Assembly (NCBI GenBank): GCA_951406725.2
Contig: OX597815.1
Span: forward strand, 194,866,001 to 194,930,000
DNA length: 64,000 nt
Source: Octopus vulgaris
Taxonomy: Eukaryota
Reading direction: 5' to 3'
The translations under genes and the position numbers were made by a program. The notes under the pieces are model-generated. The model ran no database searches, was not told where the DNA came from, and saw only the letters and a program-made list of their open reading frames with translations. The stretch's first letter is position 1. Every line of letters starts with the position of its first letter. Shown here piece after piece: positions 9,906-22,960 of the stretch.

Positions 9906-12739
9906 ATTTCTTTATTACCCACAAGGGGCAAATATAGAGAGGGACAGTACAACATGATTGGGGTCATGTTAAAACTATGATATAAAACATTAAATGAAGG
10001 TAAAAATTACAGTGAAAATTACAATGAAATCGAAAATCGAATGGTACACATTAACAGAACAAAACATGAAGAGGACGCATGAAACAGAAAAAAAACAGGA
10101 TTGCCGACCCCACGAGCCCTGTTTTTTCCCACTGAAACCTTGGTAGCTGACTTATGGCGTGTTCATGCAGTAACTTTCACTCCCAGCAATCGTGCAACAC
10201 GCTTCCATCTTTTTTGAAACTCGCATACTGACAGACACCTTTTCTCTAACTCAACCTTTCTTTTTAAGTGGAACTTAAAGAAGTTCACCAAGGCGAGGCC
10301 AGAGATCATGGTGTCTGTCCCTATATCTTTCATTCTGGTCTTCCATATAACCTCTTTCGCGACTGCTACTATGACGAGAAAGCAATGCTTACCTTCGTTT
10401 GTCAAGAAACTAGGCGAGTCAATTTTTAAAATTGTCTCAGCCGATAGCTGTACTCTTCTTCCGTCCGTCAACTGGTGTTCTGCATAAACCCACACGTCCG
10501 AAATTTCCGGCACTGGACAATAGCGTGAAGGACTGTTTCCACATCCTGCTCGCATCTTGGATAGTTCGATGGTCCATCGTGACCATGTCTTGCGAACTTA
10601 TCCCGAACGGGTAAGGCTCCTCTGTAACATTGCCAGGCCAAAGACTTCTGAAAGTAACTCAGCGTCCTCGGTCCGAATGTCCTTTGGAACAGGCTGTCTA
10701 ACTGATTATTATCGAGACCCAAGGTCCTTCCCAGGGCATCGTCATTTCCGGCCTCTACCAACCTACTATAAAAAGCTGCGGTGGTACCAAAGCCACCGGC
10801 ATTGCCCGACTTGCGGAAGTGGAAGAGGGCCTTACGGCACTCTGAATACCGCACACTGAACCTAAATCTGCGACGATACCAGGTTTCTCTACCACCCAAA
10901 CTGGTAAAGCTGGGGAACATCTGCCTCGCGTGCGGGGACCACACCCGTTCACCATCCATGTAGAGCCAAAGATGCCTCAACCTCAGCGCATGTTTGCGCA
11001 TCAACAGCCAGCCAAGGCATCCCTAACCCACCCTTTAACGGCTTCTGACAGCAAATAGAACGTCTTACAAGAGAATGGGTGCCCTTCCACAGAAAGCGAA
11101 AGATTTGCCCCTCCAACTTGCTCAACCACGAATCCGGACAAGGAACGATGGTTAGGCGGTAAGTGATGACCGATGCCATAAACACATTGGCCATCGCCAA
11201 GACCAAGTCTCGACCGCGTGAGCCACCTTGCACGCCACCTCAGACCAGTTCTTTTCTATCTGGAGATCTGGACCAAACCAGATCCCTAGCAATTTAACTG
11301 GGCCCTCCGTCCAGCATCCCACGATGCTATTTGAAGGCATCGACTTGCCCCTCCAAGTGCCGAGTTGCAAGCCGACTGACTTTTCCCGATTAATTTTTGC
11401 TCCTGTCACTGTCTCGTAAGACTTGATGGTATCTCTCACATTCTGTAGGAGTTCCAACTTGGTCACGATGATGGTGATGTCGTCCGCATACGATGTAACA
11501 GATCCTCCACCCACTGGATTCGTCGGGATGGCGCTCTGATTTCTCAGTAATGGCTCGAGAGCCATCACATATAAAAGCGGGGAGAGCGGACACCCTTGAC
11601 GAACTGACCGTTTGATGCGGAACGGCTTCGAAAGGAAGCCATTCACCCTAAGGATCGAGTCGATGTTGTCGTACAACTGTATAATCCACCTGAGAAAACC
11701 AATGCCTAGACCGAACTGTGCAAGCACATACACCAGGTACCGATGGTTCACCCTATCGAAAGCTTTACTCTGGTCTAAATGGACCAGTGCCCCACCTTTG
11801 CCAGAATTGTTCCCGAACCCTTCTATGGTGTAGCGTATAAGGTGAAGATTATCCTGATTGGTCCTTCCGGGGACCGCACAAGTTTGTACTTCCCCGATTA
11901 GGCCATCCGCGACATGCGTCAACCTTTTCGCTAACACCTTGGCCAAAATCTTCACCTCTGCATTCAGTAGGGTGATGGGTCTGAAGTTATCTATTCCATC
12001 CCCCTTGCTCGGGTCCTTCCTGATCAGCGTCACCACTCTCCGGCGCACAGATCTGGGAATGAACCCATTCTGCCGCCAGTTCGCGAAAACGCCGGCCTGT
12101 ACGTACCCGAACAAGTCTGGCATACTTTTATATAGTTCGGAGGGTAAACCATCAATTCCAGGCGCCTTACCTCCGCCGCAGTCGGCCATGGCTTCAGCTA
12201 CCTCCTCAGGCGAGATTGACCCTTCCCAGCTCTCCGCGTCCTGCCCCCAGATGCGCGGCAGCCCGGCGAGGAGGTCCGTACGGTCCGTCCTCTCACCCGG
12301 TCCGCCGTCGCTCCCGAAAAGCCGGGCGAAGTGCTCCAGAAACGTCCGACACATCTCCGGTTCGGTTACCACATCGCCTTGCTCGTTCGTCACAGACTTG
12401 ATTGTGGAATCGTTTCAACGTTGAGCTTCCACAACTCGTGCCCATCCGGAAGCCTTAATACCCTCGCTCCCCATTGCGCGGAGTCTAGCTCTGACGATAC
12501 AACCCATGTGTTCGGCTTCGAGGTGCTGGTTTAATTCCAATCTCTTCAGCCTAACCTGGGCTCCATCGCCAGATCTCATGGCTTCCTCTAAGGCCTTAAC
12601 TAACCCCATTTCTTTTCTACGCCCACTAGCTACTAGTTCTATGCTATATCTAATGGACTCGTATTTAATGGCTCTCTTGAGGGCGTACCACCATTTGTTG
12701 TTAATAATGGAACCGGTTAACGCCTTCTGAATTAATAAT
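9906..12739 (-). mobile_element. 5'-truncated L1/Tx1-clade LINE
   Basis: GC-rich island with RT reading frames. Perfect 16-bp TSD ATTCCTTTGAAGTATG at 9890-9905 and 12740-12755. The 3' end is CCCCTTGTGGGTAATAAAGAAAT with no polyA. Confidence 0.93.
10163..12730 (-). pseudogene. Frameshifted LINE ORF2 (reverse transcriptase, zf-RVT and C-terminus; endonuclease lost)
   Basis: The 413-aa ORF 11152-12393 has KAPGIDG, NFRPITLLN, LDQSKAFDRV, VRQGCPLSP, YADD and KINREKS. Downstream frames have FRFLW..GGLG and ALPVRDK..PRCEQDVETVLHA. Several frameshifts. Confidence 0.92.
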
Positions 12740-12780
12740 ATTCCTTTGAAGTATGCCGGATGGCAGAAATCTATCGCATA

Positions 12781-13198
12781 TTTAATAGAAATTGAACCAT
12801 TGATTAAGTACAGCTAAAAAGAAAATAAGTATGTTAAATTGACAGGAAAAAAAGAAAAGGCGAAAAAAAGGTAAAAAAAAAGAAAGAGTCAGGTGTTTTA
12901 TGTTATGTTTTTAAAAAAAAATATTGAAAAATAGGACAGTTGTAGATAATGTATATAACGGTTCAAATACTTGCAAGGTATGTAACATGATAATTGTTTT
13001 GTGAATACATGATAAAAATGGATAGTTAAAAAATATTAACGATACTGCATGTGATGAGAGGCGTATGCAGCCATTCATAACCCCATTATTGTATAATCAT
13101 CTCATCATATTCGTTCTATGTATTGTCCTCTCTGTGGTGTCCTGTCTGTCCTTGTTTATCCCCCTCTATTTTGGGCCCTTGTGGATAATAAAGAAAAG
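12781..13198 (+). mobile_element. 3'-UTR-only insertion of a related LINE
   Basis: Ends GTCTGTCCTTGTTTATCCCCCTCTATTTTGGGCCCTTGTGGATAATAAAGAAA. 16-bp TSD AGAA(A/G)TCTATCGCATA at 12765-12780 and 13199-13214. Confidence 0.7.
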
Positions 13199-13370
13199 AG
13201 AAGTCTATCGCATAGCGGATCAAACTTTAACACGCAGTCGTTCATAAAAATAAAGTCGCTAATGTAGCGTTTAGAGAATCACCGAGCGAGCATTTTGGGC
13301 TTGCAAAGGTATAGTGCAATCTGTAATATACAGTTAGTAGTAAATTAAGGTAGTGTAGTGCTTGATGAGT

Positions 13371-13649
13371 GGAGGCACATGGCCTAGTGGTTAGAGCAGC
13401 GGACTCGCGGTGGAGGGATCGCAGGTTCGAATCTCAGACCGGGCGATGTGTGTGTTTATGCGCGAAACACCTAAGCTCCACTCGGCTCCAGCATAAGGTA
13501 ATAGCGAACTTCTGCTGACTCTTTCCTCCTGCATCTTGTAGCTCACCTGCGACGGACCGGCGTCCCATCCAGGTGTTGAACCTATACTCCAAGGAAACCA
13601 GGAAACCGGTGCTTATGGGCCAGGCGTGGCTCGAGAAGAAACAAACAAT
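13371..13649 (+). mobile_element. tRNA(Arg)-like SINE, family B
   Basis: Colinear with 7691-7966. Head TGGCCTAGTGGTTAGAGCAGCGGACTCGCG..GGTTCGAATC. Confidence 0.9.
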
Positions 13650-13759
13650 ATCAATAGTGCTTTACCGATGTGGCTTTATTTTCTCGATTGATTTAATTAA
13701 TTTCTTCTGAATCAACGTGTAAAATGTTCTAAATTAGCGAGTAAAATTCTACGTACATT

Positions 13760-13890
13760 CTGTTCTGTTTGGGGGAGAGTCATTTTGTTTTTGTGCCTTA
13801 TAATTTAACACACTCACTGGTAAAATTTCCATTTATTTCTTATTTTTATTTTCCTAAAATTTTCGTTGCGTCTTGCAACCTTTTCAATAG
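13760..13890 (-). mobile_element. PLE pseudo-LTR-like fragment with a U3:A8 hammerhead-like motif (13853-13890)
   Basis: Minus strand: CTA TTGAAAA G GTTGC AAGAC GCAAC GAA AATT T TAG. The flank matches the fold-back at 58881-59019 (GGGGAGAGTCATTT..CTTATAATTTA). Confidence 0.55.
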
Positions 13891-15332
13891 TATTCACTAT
13901 CTACGTACATTAGTATGTCTAACTTACTTCTCAGAGGAAACCCGTGTTACAACGCGTTAAAATGCTCTACCTCTTTTGAATTTTCGATAAATTTCGTCAA
14001 GAAGGGTTTCAATAACTTTCTCGTGTGCCTAGTTTCATTGCAAAGGTCTAAGAAACTGTTGCATAAAATAATTGGCTTGAGGTGGCATGCCGTGGGATCG
14101 AAACCACATCGTTGCAAGCGAACTTCAACATTCAGCCTTGCTGTCTCTGCAAAAGTGCAAGTGTCTTGAGAATATCAAACAACTTAGACTAAAACATTGA
14201 CTTTTTCACTTGATTAGTTAATTGCAATTAACACTAGAAACCAACAGATGATTCGACACGAGTCACCCCCACTCATGCACAAGCACTCACACGCATACAT
14301 ACGCGCGCGTCCATACATATAAACATTTATATTATACATCAATATGTTATTTGTGTTATTGAATCAAGCATAGGACGACGAACCAAAATACATCCCAAAA
14401 TACATTTGCAATGACAGATACAAACATATCATTACACTTCCAGACTCAAGCGAACTACCAATCATCGCAATATATCATTTACATGTATTAGCTTCCCTCG
14501 TGTCATATATTGAGATGGAAATAACCTGTTCCAAATTTGAAATGTTAGCAAAATAACTTAAATTATTTCCTCCTCAGCAAGACTTAATCACAGCTATTCT
14601 TGTTTATATCTTGTGTAATTATCATCAATTCTATCGTCAAAGAGACAGCGATTTAATTGTACAGAATCATGGCAACTGATATAGTCGGGAAAGACAATTA
14701 TCTTTTTAGAATCTTCTTACACACATACAAATGTATTTACATGTATTTATGTACACATACGCGCAAGCATATAAACATCGGTGTATGTTGTTGAGAGTGG
14801 CTTCATTAGCCTACAGCTATTTCAGCTTAAATTTAACGAAGAGCTGTTAATAATGTGGTTTATATATTTAGATGTTGTGCATCGTAAACTTACAGCTGTT
14901 TCTGATATGCATTTTAGGAGCATTCAGGGTTTCGTTTTCTCAATCACACGAAAGATCGATTGAAGAAAAGTTGAACGACCTTAACTTATACTGTCATCTT
15001 TAGGGACCGTACAACAATAAGTAAAGTACACGAACAGAAAAAGTTTTACAAATAAGTAAACCTATAAAACCCATTATTTATGCATTTCTTTGTATATTAC
15101 ACTTTGAGCACATACCGTATTAATTGGGAAAAGTAATCATGGATTTACAAAGTCGACTGTTTATAGACTTCGACTTCGAGTCTCGCCTTAAAATAATTAA
15201 GAGTTCTATAGCTATCCGCAGACCTTTTGGAAGCCTGGTGTATTTGTATTAACAGAGGGCTCAAAAAGTATTTTGTGCGAATAGATAATCTATTTATAAC
15301 TCTGTATTATCATGTATATATATATATATATA

Positions 15333-15522
15333 TTCTTTTATTCTTTTCCTTGTTTCAGTCATTTGACTGCGAGAATCCTGGATCACCGCCTTTAGTCGAA
15401 GAAATCGACCCCAGGACTTAGTCTTTGTAAGATTAGCACTTATTCTATCGGCACGTAAACAAACCAGCATCGGTTGTCAAGTGATATTGGGGGAGACAAA
15501 CACATTCACACAAACATACACA

Positions 15523-15566
<44 letters not shown>

Positions 15567-15626
15567 CACACATGTATATACATACGACGGACTTCTTTCA
15601 CTTTCCGCTTACCAAATCACTCACAA
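15333..15626 (-). mobile_element. SINE family D, 5'-truncated
   Basis: TTGTTTCAGTCATTTGACTGCG..CCAGCATCGGTTGTCAAG..(CA)n..ACGACGGACTTCTTTCA matches 9435-9866. Confidence 0.8.
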
Positions 15627-16809
15627 GATACGAAGAGTTAAGGTTGTAATGAATGTTAAGAGATACATATATGGGGCGGATGGGAATGGCGAGAACAGAA
15701 GTGAGTCTATTAGGATAAATGAGATATAACTATGGAGTAGCTGTAAGGGGAGGGATTGGGTGTTTAAGAGTATAATGGAGAGATTAAAAAGATAGAAGTC
15801 CCAAACTGGAGAGAGATGTCACAGCTGCTAAGGGTGAGTAAGTCGGTGCAAGTTTTCCATTATCGACTCATGATTTATAGTCAATGGCTATAATGTAGAT
15901 TTTGAAGCGGTAGTTTAAGGGATCCGTATGTGACGGGAAGTAAGAAATAAAGACGAATACTTTTTAAGTATAGAGACAAGCGCAATATAGTATGGCCATC
16001 GCGTCAAGTATCGCATATCAGGTAGATGGATATGACGTGGTTGTGTAACGGTGAACAGCTAATTAAAGAGAAAAGGAGGATCATGCGGGAACGTGCAGTG
16101 GGCGAGATTTCCTGCAAGAGAACAAACGGAGATTAAGTTAAAATAATATAGATTCCATGGGAAGATGGGATGATCATTGCAGTGACTTAATCATGCATAA
16201 GCCGCAAAATACCCCATCCAAAACTGTGTGGATATAAGTAAGCAACAAATATCATGGAGTAAGTGGAAGAATGGTTAAGGGATAGAGATCTGAATACAGA
16301 CTTATCTAATTCAGATGGAACATAATGAGTTATGGTAATATGGAACAGTCATGTAGTAGCGGACAGAAGGGGGGATTCTTCGTTCAGACGTAATATTTCT
16401 GCTGATTCTCAGCAGGAATTACATGCTTTCTGCGTACAACATTCCGGTATTAATAATACATCAAAAGGTATCATAAGATATATCTTTAGCTGTAATATGT
16501 TGGTTGTAGGTAGTCAGGGAGATAGGATATTGTTGTATAGTTTTCAAAAACTAGCTAATGTGTCCGAGGTATCGGTGCTTAAAGTCGATCGTTGATCTAA
16601 TGTAGATATTAGTGGAGTGTATTATTGACGGTGTTTACTTATACACAACATTATATTTAGCTTAGATTGCTGTCATACGAAAAATAGTCGCTATTATCTT
16701 GTGAAGATAGCCATAATCTCAATGCTATTAATATTGTTATAGACGTTATGGCAATGGGTATAATAATATTTATAAAGTTAATCATGATAACTATAAATAT
16801 TTAGAATAA

Positions 16810-16975
16810 GTATCACTATTATGCTTATAACTAAACAACTGCACGTTTTTACTAGGGTTCGGTATCATTGAGCAGTACCTTAGGCAAATGTCTTCTACCA
16901 TAGCCCCGGGACGACAACGGTTTGCGAATGAAATTGGTAGGCGTAAATTGTGAGGAGACCTGTCGTGCATGTGTA

Positions 16976-17013
<38 letters not shown>

Positions 17014-17242
17014 TATGTGTATGATGTGTGTATCGTGTGTGTGTCTTTGTGTTTCTGTTTATCCCCAAATCGCTTGAAAACCAGTCCTGTCTTGTTTAAG
17101 TTCACTTAACCTAAGCAGTTCTTCAAAAGCGACAGTTAGAATAAGGACCAGACTTAAATAATAAGTAATGAGGTCCATATATCCGGCAACATTCTTCAAG
17201 GTAATGTTTCAATACGGTTGCAGTCGAATGACTGAAACAAAT
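16810..17242 (+). mobile_element. SINE family D, old diverged copy
   Basis: CCTTAGGCAAATGTCTTCTACCATAGCCCCGGG, internal (TG)n, tail GCAGTCGAATGACTGAAACAA. Confidence 0.7.
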
Positions 17243-19372
17243 AATGAGATTTATACTGAGTTCATATATTTGGAATTTTTTTTTCCGCCCACAAATATTA
17301 CAGTATCATGAAACCGATATTCAATATCATGGCAATAAGCAACACCGATAATAGTTAATATCATGACAATAACTGACATACATATCAATTTGAGGTGTCG
17401 TTCACATGTAAAACATGGAACGTATGATGTTTCGCTGTTTATTCATTTGTGAGAGTTACTCTTACTAATTATCTATCCAAATAGGAGGTTTTCTACCTAT
17501 ATTATATATCAATAAAATATTAAATCGGAAGATAACTTTGATTTTCATATTTTTGTTATCGATAACATATATTCTGTTTTAAATCTCTGTGTTGAACAAA
17601 CCATTCCATCTACTACATTCCAATTATTGTTTGTATGTAAGAAATCAATAAAGAATATGATTTATTGAATAATTTAAATATGGAAAGATAGAAATCGGGT
17701 ATAGTAGGAGTTCTTATGGAAAACTGGAATATATAATAATAGCTTTACATCATTGTCTATAGATTTAATTATCTATAAATGAAGTTGTCTGTAAAATTAA
17801 TTGCGAGTTTTGTATTAAAGGTGAATGACAGTTAATTAGAAGACTACGAAGTACCCAGTTGTGAATATTATAAAAATATGAAAGACGTTCAATAAATATT
17901 TAATTATGGATTGTCGCATTATTAGCAACGTTATGGGGATTCTGTATGAATATTTATTATCCCTTCAAATTGGAATAATAATGCCGAATAGACTATAAAA
18001 TTCAGAATTTATATTGTTTTAATTTAATCGATGCAACACCATAATCGGTATAATAAATCGTGTTTATTATGGCAAAACATATTGTATAGATTGTGTCTGT
18101 TCATATTGTAAAACAAAATAGCGAGTGGGAGTTTATGTCAAGATATAGAAATATTTTGTGATAATGGAATCTAGATTATATTGAATGCCAAGTTTTTGCT
18201 GTAATAGTATCTATTAGGGATATAGCATCAAATTACGAAATATAAAAATCTTTGGTACAGGAACATGAAAAAAATGGCTCAATATGTGCAAGGTTTTTTT
18301 TTTGTATGGCTAGAGATGTATGTGATTTAAACTATATAAATGTGCTAAGGTGTGAGAAAATGCCTTCTGAGCAAGAAATCTTTCGAACGATATATTTATG
18401 TAAGTGCATATTTGTTTGTGTGAATATCAAATGTTGTGACTATATTACATTGAAGAGGTCTCGCAAGATAGAAATGTGTCCATTGCTTCTAACCATTACA
18501 TTTAAAGACAAGCTGTTCTCATTACATTATCTTTGTTTCTAGCTAATCTAAAATGCCATGAAAACTGTCATGTGCTCAACACATATTCCTGACTATACAT
18601 ATTATACCATCGTGTATTATATACACATGTTCGGACGCATGTGCACTCATATATACACATATATATGTATATATATGAGGCAGTAGAAATATGTTATATA
18701 ATAGTCCACTGGATTTTTTTTCGGTGTAGCATTTGGTCTACATTTTTAAGAAAACAGTATTGTACTGCTATGGATCATCTCGTCTGATATACATATATAC
18801 ACATGTATATTTAATATAATGAACTTACTTTGATCTATCTATCTTAGTAATGGCTGTGTTTAGTACAAGAAAAATATTTCAGATCTATGTTGGTAAAAGC
18901 GGACGACCATATATATGGTTTAGTCTTTAATGACATCAGAATATATCCATTTATATTAGTTATTGTTGCCATTTACATATTAGTATTTCTAATTGGTTCG
19001 GTTCAGGGGGAAAAGGATTTCAAATTTACGCTGTTGATATTTATATATTTCGGTATGTTTTAAATTTTGAATATCAGAATCCTGAATTTATTTCAAAGTG
19101 CTGATGCAATAGTTCAATATATTTATCAAAGCAATGAGACGCAGTACATTTTATTTCGGCAGAATGAAACAGAACGAAATTCCGACAAATTCCGGTATTC
19201 TCTATTTTAAATGTCCTCCACTTGTGAAATGAATTGTTGAAACTAGTACGCAATTTCAAATTTCATAATAAAACCAAATGAATTCTCGAATGAAATATGG
19301 CAACAAAAGAATGAATGGAACCTCGATATTATGTAAATAGAGGAACTTATCTATAAATATATAATACAGGAG

Positions 19373-19516
19373 AATCAGTAAGTTGTCATAATAATACTCA
19401 GAGTTTCAAATACTGGAGCTAAAAGCTTCTATGCATGTTTCATCAGTTGAAAATGCCTAGAAGCTTTTAGCTCCAGTATTTGAAACTCCGAGTATTATTA
19501 TGACAACTTACTGATT
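19373..19516. repeat. Fold-back with 59-bp arms containing a hammerhead motif (PLE type)
   Basis: Arms 19373-19431 and 19458-19516 are complementary with one mismatch. Minus strand 19446-19395 reads CTGATGA..GTATTT GAA ACTC T GAGT A (GUA triplet). Confidence 0.85.
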
Positions 19517-20214
19517 TTCATATATATATAGCGAGAGTTTACGAAAAAAAAACAACAAGGAGGTAAAATAAAGTGGGACAAATAAGTTATCTTAAGGGAA
19601 AAGATTATCATGGTCGGGTTGGGATAGTTTGAAAGAGAAATAGTCACTGAAAAAAGAGTGAATGTTAGAAAACAGGCGGCTATTCTATTTTACGGTTAGT
19701 GTGAAACGGAAAGAGTGTGTGTCGTGTGTATATGGACGTATATGAGAGTGCCTGTTTCTTGAAGAGTGTATAACTAGCTGTGATGTATGTGTTTGTATAC
19801 AGACGTGTGGGAGTATGAGGGCGTTGAGTAGACCACATGTAGTCTGGGTGGGCGTGATCGGTAGGTGAGTGGTGTGAAAGCCTATATATGAGAAGGGAAG
19901 TTTCAGTGTTCGGAAATAAGGATATTAATGAAGCACATAGTAAGTTGGATGTTAGTTATAGTTTGTACAAACATATAACGAAAGTAAGTAGGAGTCTGAA
20001 AAGGGCAAATATTTCACCTAAAATTTGAAAATACGAGTAAGATGTAGGAATTGTGTGAAATGTTCAGGAAGCTTGAAAGAATGTCCGATGGATGGCGATG
20101 TACTAATCTGATCCACGAAAGATATACGGTGTGTGATGTCGATTAGTGTCTACGTATAGAGAAAAGCTATTTTACCAATGTGCACAAGTGGAATATACAT
20201 GTATATTTATGCAT

Positions 20215-20645
<431 letters not shown>

Positions 20646-21477
20646 CGAATGCATTCGGAGATACACACTCAGAGGGATACATGAAATGCGAGACAGTTTC
20701 AATGAACACACATGGGATATTTGTAAGATGTTTGTTTGTTTTCAAAATCTTTGAATATGTTCGTCGTAATAGAATTCTATGACTAGGAATATGTATTTTC
20801 TAAAAGAAATTCAGAACTGCATTGTTTCCTAATCTCATCTTTCCTTTCTGTATTTTCGCAGTTAAAAAAAAAAATTATTTAGTCATTAGTATGTTTAAGA
20901 TTTGTAGGTAAACAACTTAAATGTGTTAGATAGATCTAATCTACTATTGTTAGTAGCCGATACAGATGTTGGTTGATTTCTCCAGCTACGTTTTACATTG
21001 TATGGAAAAGAGGGAGAGAGTAAAAAAAAGCGATGAGTTAACCTATATAGTTACACGATGGTTGCACGCAAAAAGGTTTGATAGCAGGCAATGAGTAAAA
21101 GAACGCTCTACGGACATAGCGGCAGAGAAAGCATTGTAGACACAAAAAAGAACAGGGATTAAATAGCAGAACTTTTATAGGCAGAGTTATGTAAATGTGA
21201 AATTTGTTTTATGTAACTACACTTTTAGGCAATAAACATTACCGTTTAAAAACTTGTATTCATTTTATCATTTTCTATAAGAGCCAAAAAATGAAATTTT
21301 GTCTGTTAAATTATATACACTGTGCGTATAACATAATTCACTACATTATCATGGTATCAACAATATACCAGTCATGTGACAAGTAACGCTATTTTTTACA
21401 TATTTGATTGTTCATGACTTCTTTCCTTTGTACAGAAGAAACTAAATAAGAACTATAAAACTAAATCAAGAACACTT

Positions 21478-22960
21478 ATAGTGAAGAAGATAGAAAAATC
21501 CTATCCTTCAAAATGTAATACAATTATGCAATCTGGCACACTTTTAGTTTAAAACATGCTCTTTAGGATAGGCCTGATTGCCAACGTCAAAATCGAAAAT
21601 GGCGGCTAAAATCCAAGATGGCATCCAACATTATAGTGAAAAAGATAGTAGAATAATCCTTCTAAAGGTGATACAAATATGCCGTCTGGCACACCTATAG
21701 TTTAGAATATTCTGTTTAAGATAGGCATGATTGCCAACGTGAAAAATCGAAATGGCTGCCAGAATCCAAGATGGCGTCCAACATTATAAACTAATAATTG
21801 CGATGAACAGGAAATAACATTTATTATAATAAAAGTTATTTATGCAATATTTTATAAAAATAGCATTATATTTACCATTTATTCTACTATTTTCTTCACT
21901 AATTCATGTTATACAGGTTTCATCATCAAATGCATAGACTGGCACAAAGGGAAGTGCATGTGCAACGTCCTGCACACTCAATTGTGCACTGGCACTCTTT
22001 AAGTGCTTGGCATTGTTCTGCTATGACTCTTAGTCAAGTGGATAGTGAATGTGCCATCGTCATTATTTTTCAACCCCTAGGTGATACATGATTGCAGCGC
22101 TGGTTTCGCCTGCAGAATCTGGCCCCATATATGCACCCTCTGATATGTAGCTCTGCATAATATGTATAACTTGAACTAAGGAAGAAGATAGAAAAATGCT
22201 TCAAAAGGTAAATATAAAGCTATTTATGTAACATTGTTGTTGTTTGTTCCTTCTCGAGCCACGCCTGGCTCATAAGGGCCAGTTTCCCGGTTTCCTTGGC
22301 GCATAGGTTACCCATCTGGGTAACAAATTGCATCTTTGTATCACATTTTGAGGGATTCTTACAATATTTGACGTTTATCCTATTCTCTATTAATCAAACC
22401 TGTCCTTCGCAGGTGAGCTGAAAGAATGAGAGAAAGTTGTGGAGAAAGAGTCAGCAGAAGTTCGCCATTTCCTTCTGACGGAGCCGCGTGGAGTTTAGGT
22501 GTTTCGTTCATAAACACACACATCACCCTGTCTGAGATCCGAACTCGTGATCTCCTAACCGCGAGCCCGCTGCTCTAACTTCTAGTCCATGTACCTCCAC
22601 ATTTATGTAATATATTGCATAATAAATAAACTTGATTATAATTAAACTTATTCCCTGTTCATCGCAATTATTAACTTTCAATGTTGGACGCCATCTTGGA
22701 TTTTGGCCACCATTTTGATTTTCACTTTGGCAATCATGCCTATCTTAAAGATCATGTTTTATACTATACATGTGCCTGACTACATATTTGTGTCAGCTTT
22801 TGAAGGAATTTTCTATCTTCTTCACTGTTGGATGCTGTCTTGGATATTATTGACCGGCATTGCCGATTTTCACGTTGGCAATCATGCCTATCTTAAACAG
22901 GATGTTTTATATTAGAAGTGTATCAAATTGCATCTTTGTATCACATTTTGAGGGATTCTT
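21478..22960. mobile_element. Deleted DNA transposon with long modular inverted repeats and an Academ-like coding remnant
   Basis: Two ~153-bp tandem units (AAAATCCAAGATGGC motif) at 21478-21790 are mirrored in inverted orientation at 22680-22960. Minus strand 22165-21930 reads ILCRATYQRVHIWGQ..*GLK and, after a shift, CQALKECQCTIECAGRCTC..LC. I associate this RAxYQxxxW plus Cys-rich end with Academ proteins (recollection). Confidence 0.55.
22234..22600 (-). mobile_element. SINE family B nested in the DNA transposon, carrying a 75-bp insert
   Basis: Reverse complement of the 7691 and 13371 copies. Flanked by ATTTATGTAA repeats. Interrupted at 22324-22398. Confidence 0.85.

Noticed and set aside
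11858-12424. 188-aa plus-strand ORF and neighbouring plus-strand ORFs
   Set aside because: Antisense shadows of the GC-rich LINE RT frame.
13371-13445. tRNA-Arg gene (also the heads at 7691, 47630, 52296 and 61005)
   Set aside because: Each runs straight into a SINE body and the acceptor stem does not close.
15630-16620. Purine-skewed stretch suggestive of a decayed PLE on the minus strand (similar at 19560-20150 and 26740-27110)
   Set aside because: I could not recover a convincing protein motif by eye. It needs a tBLASTx or HMM search.
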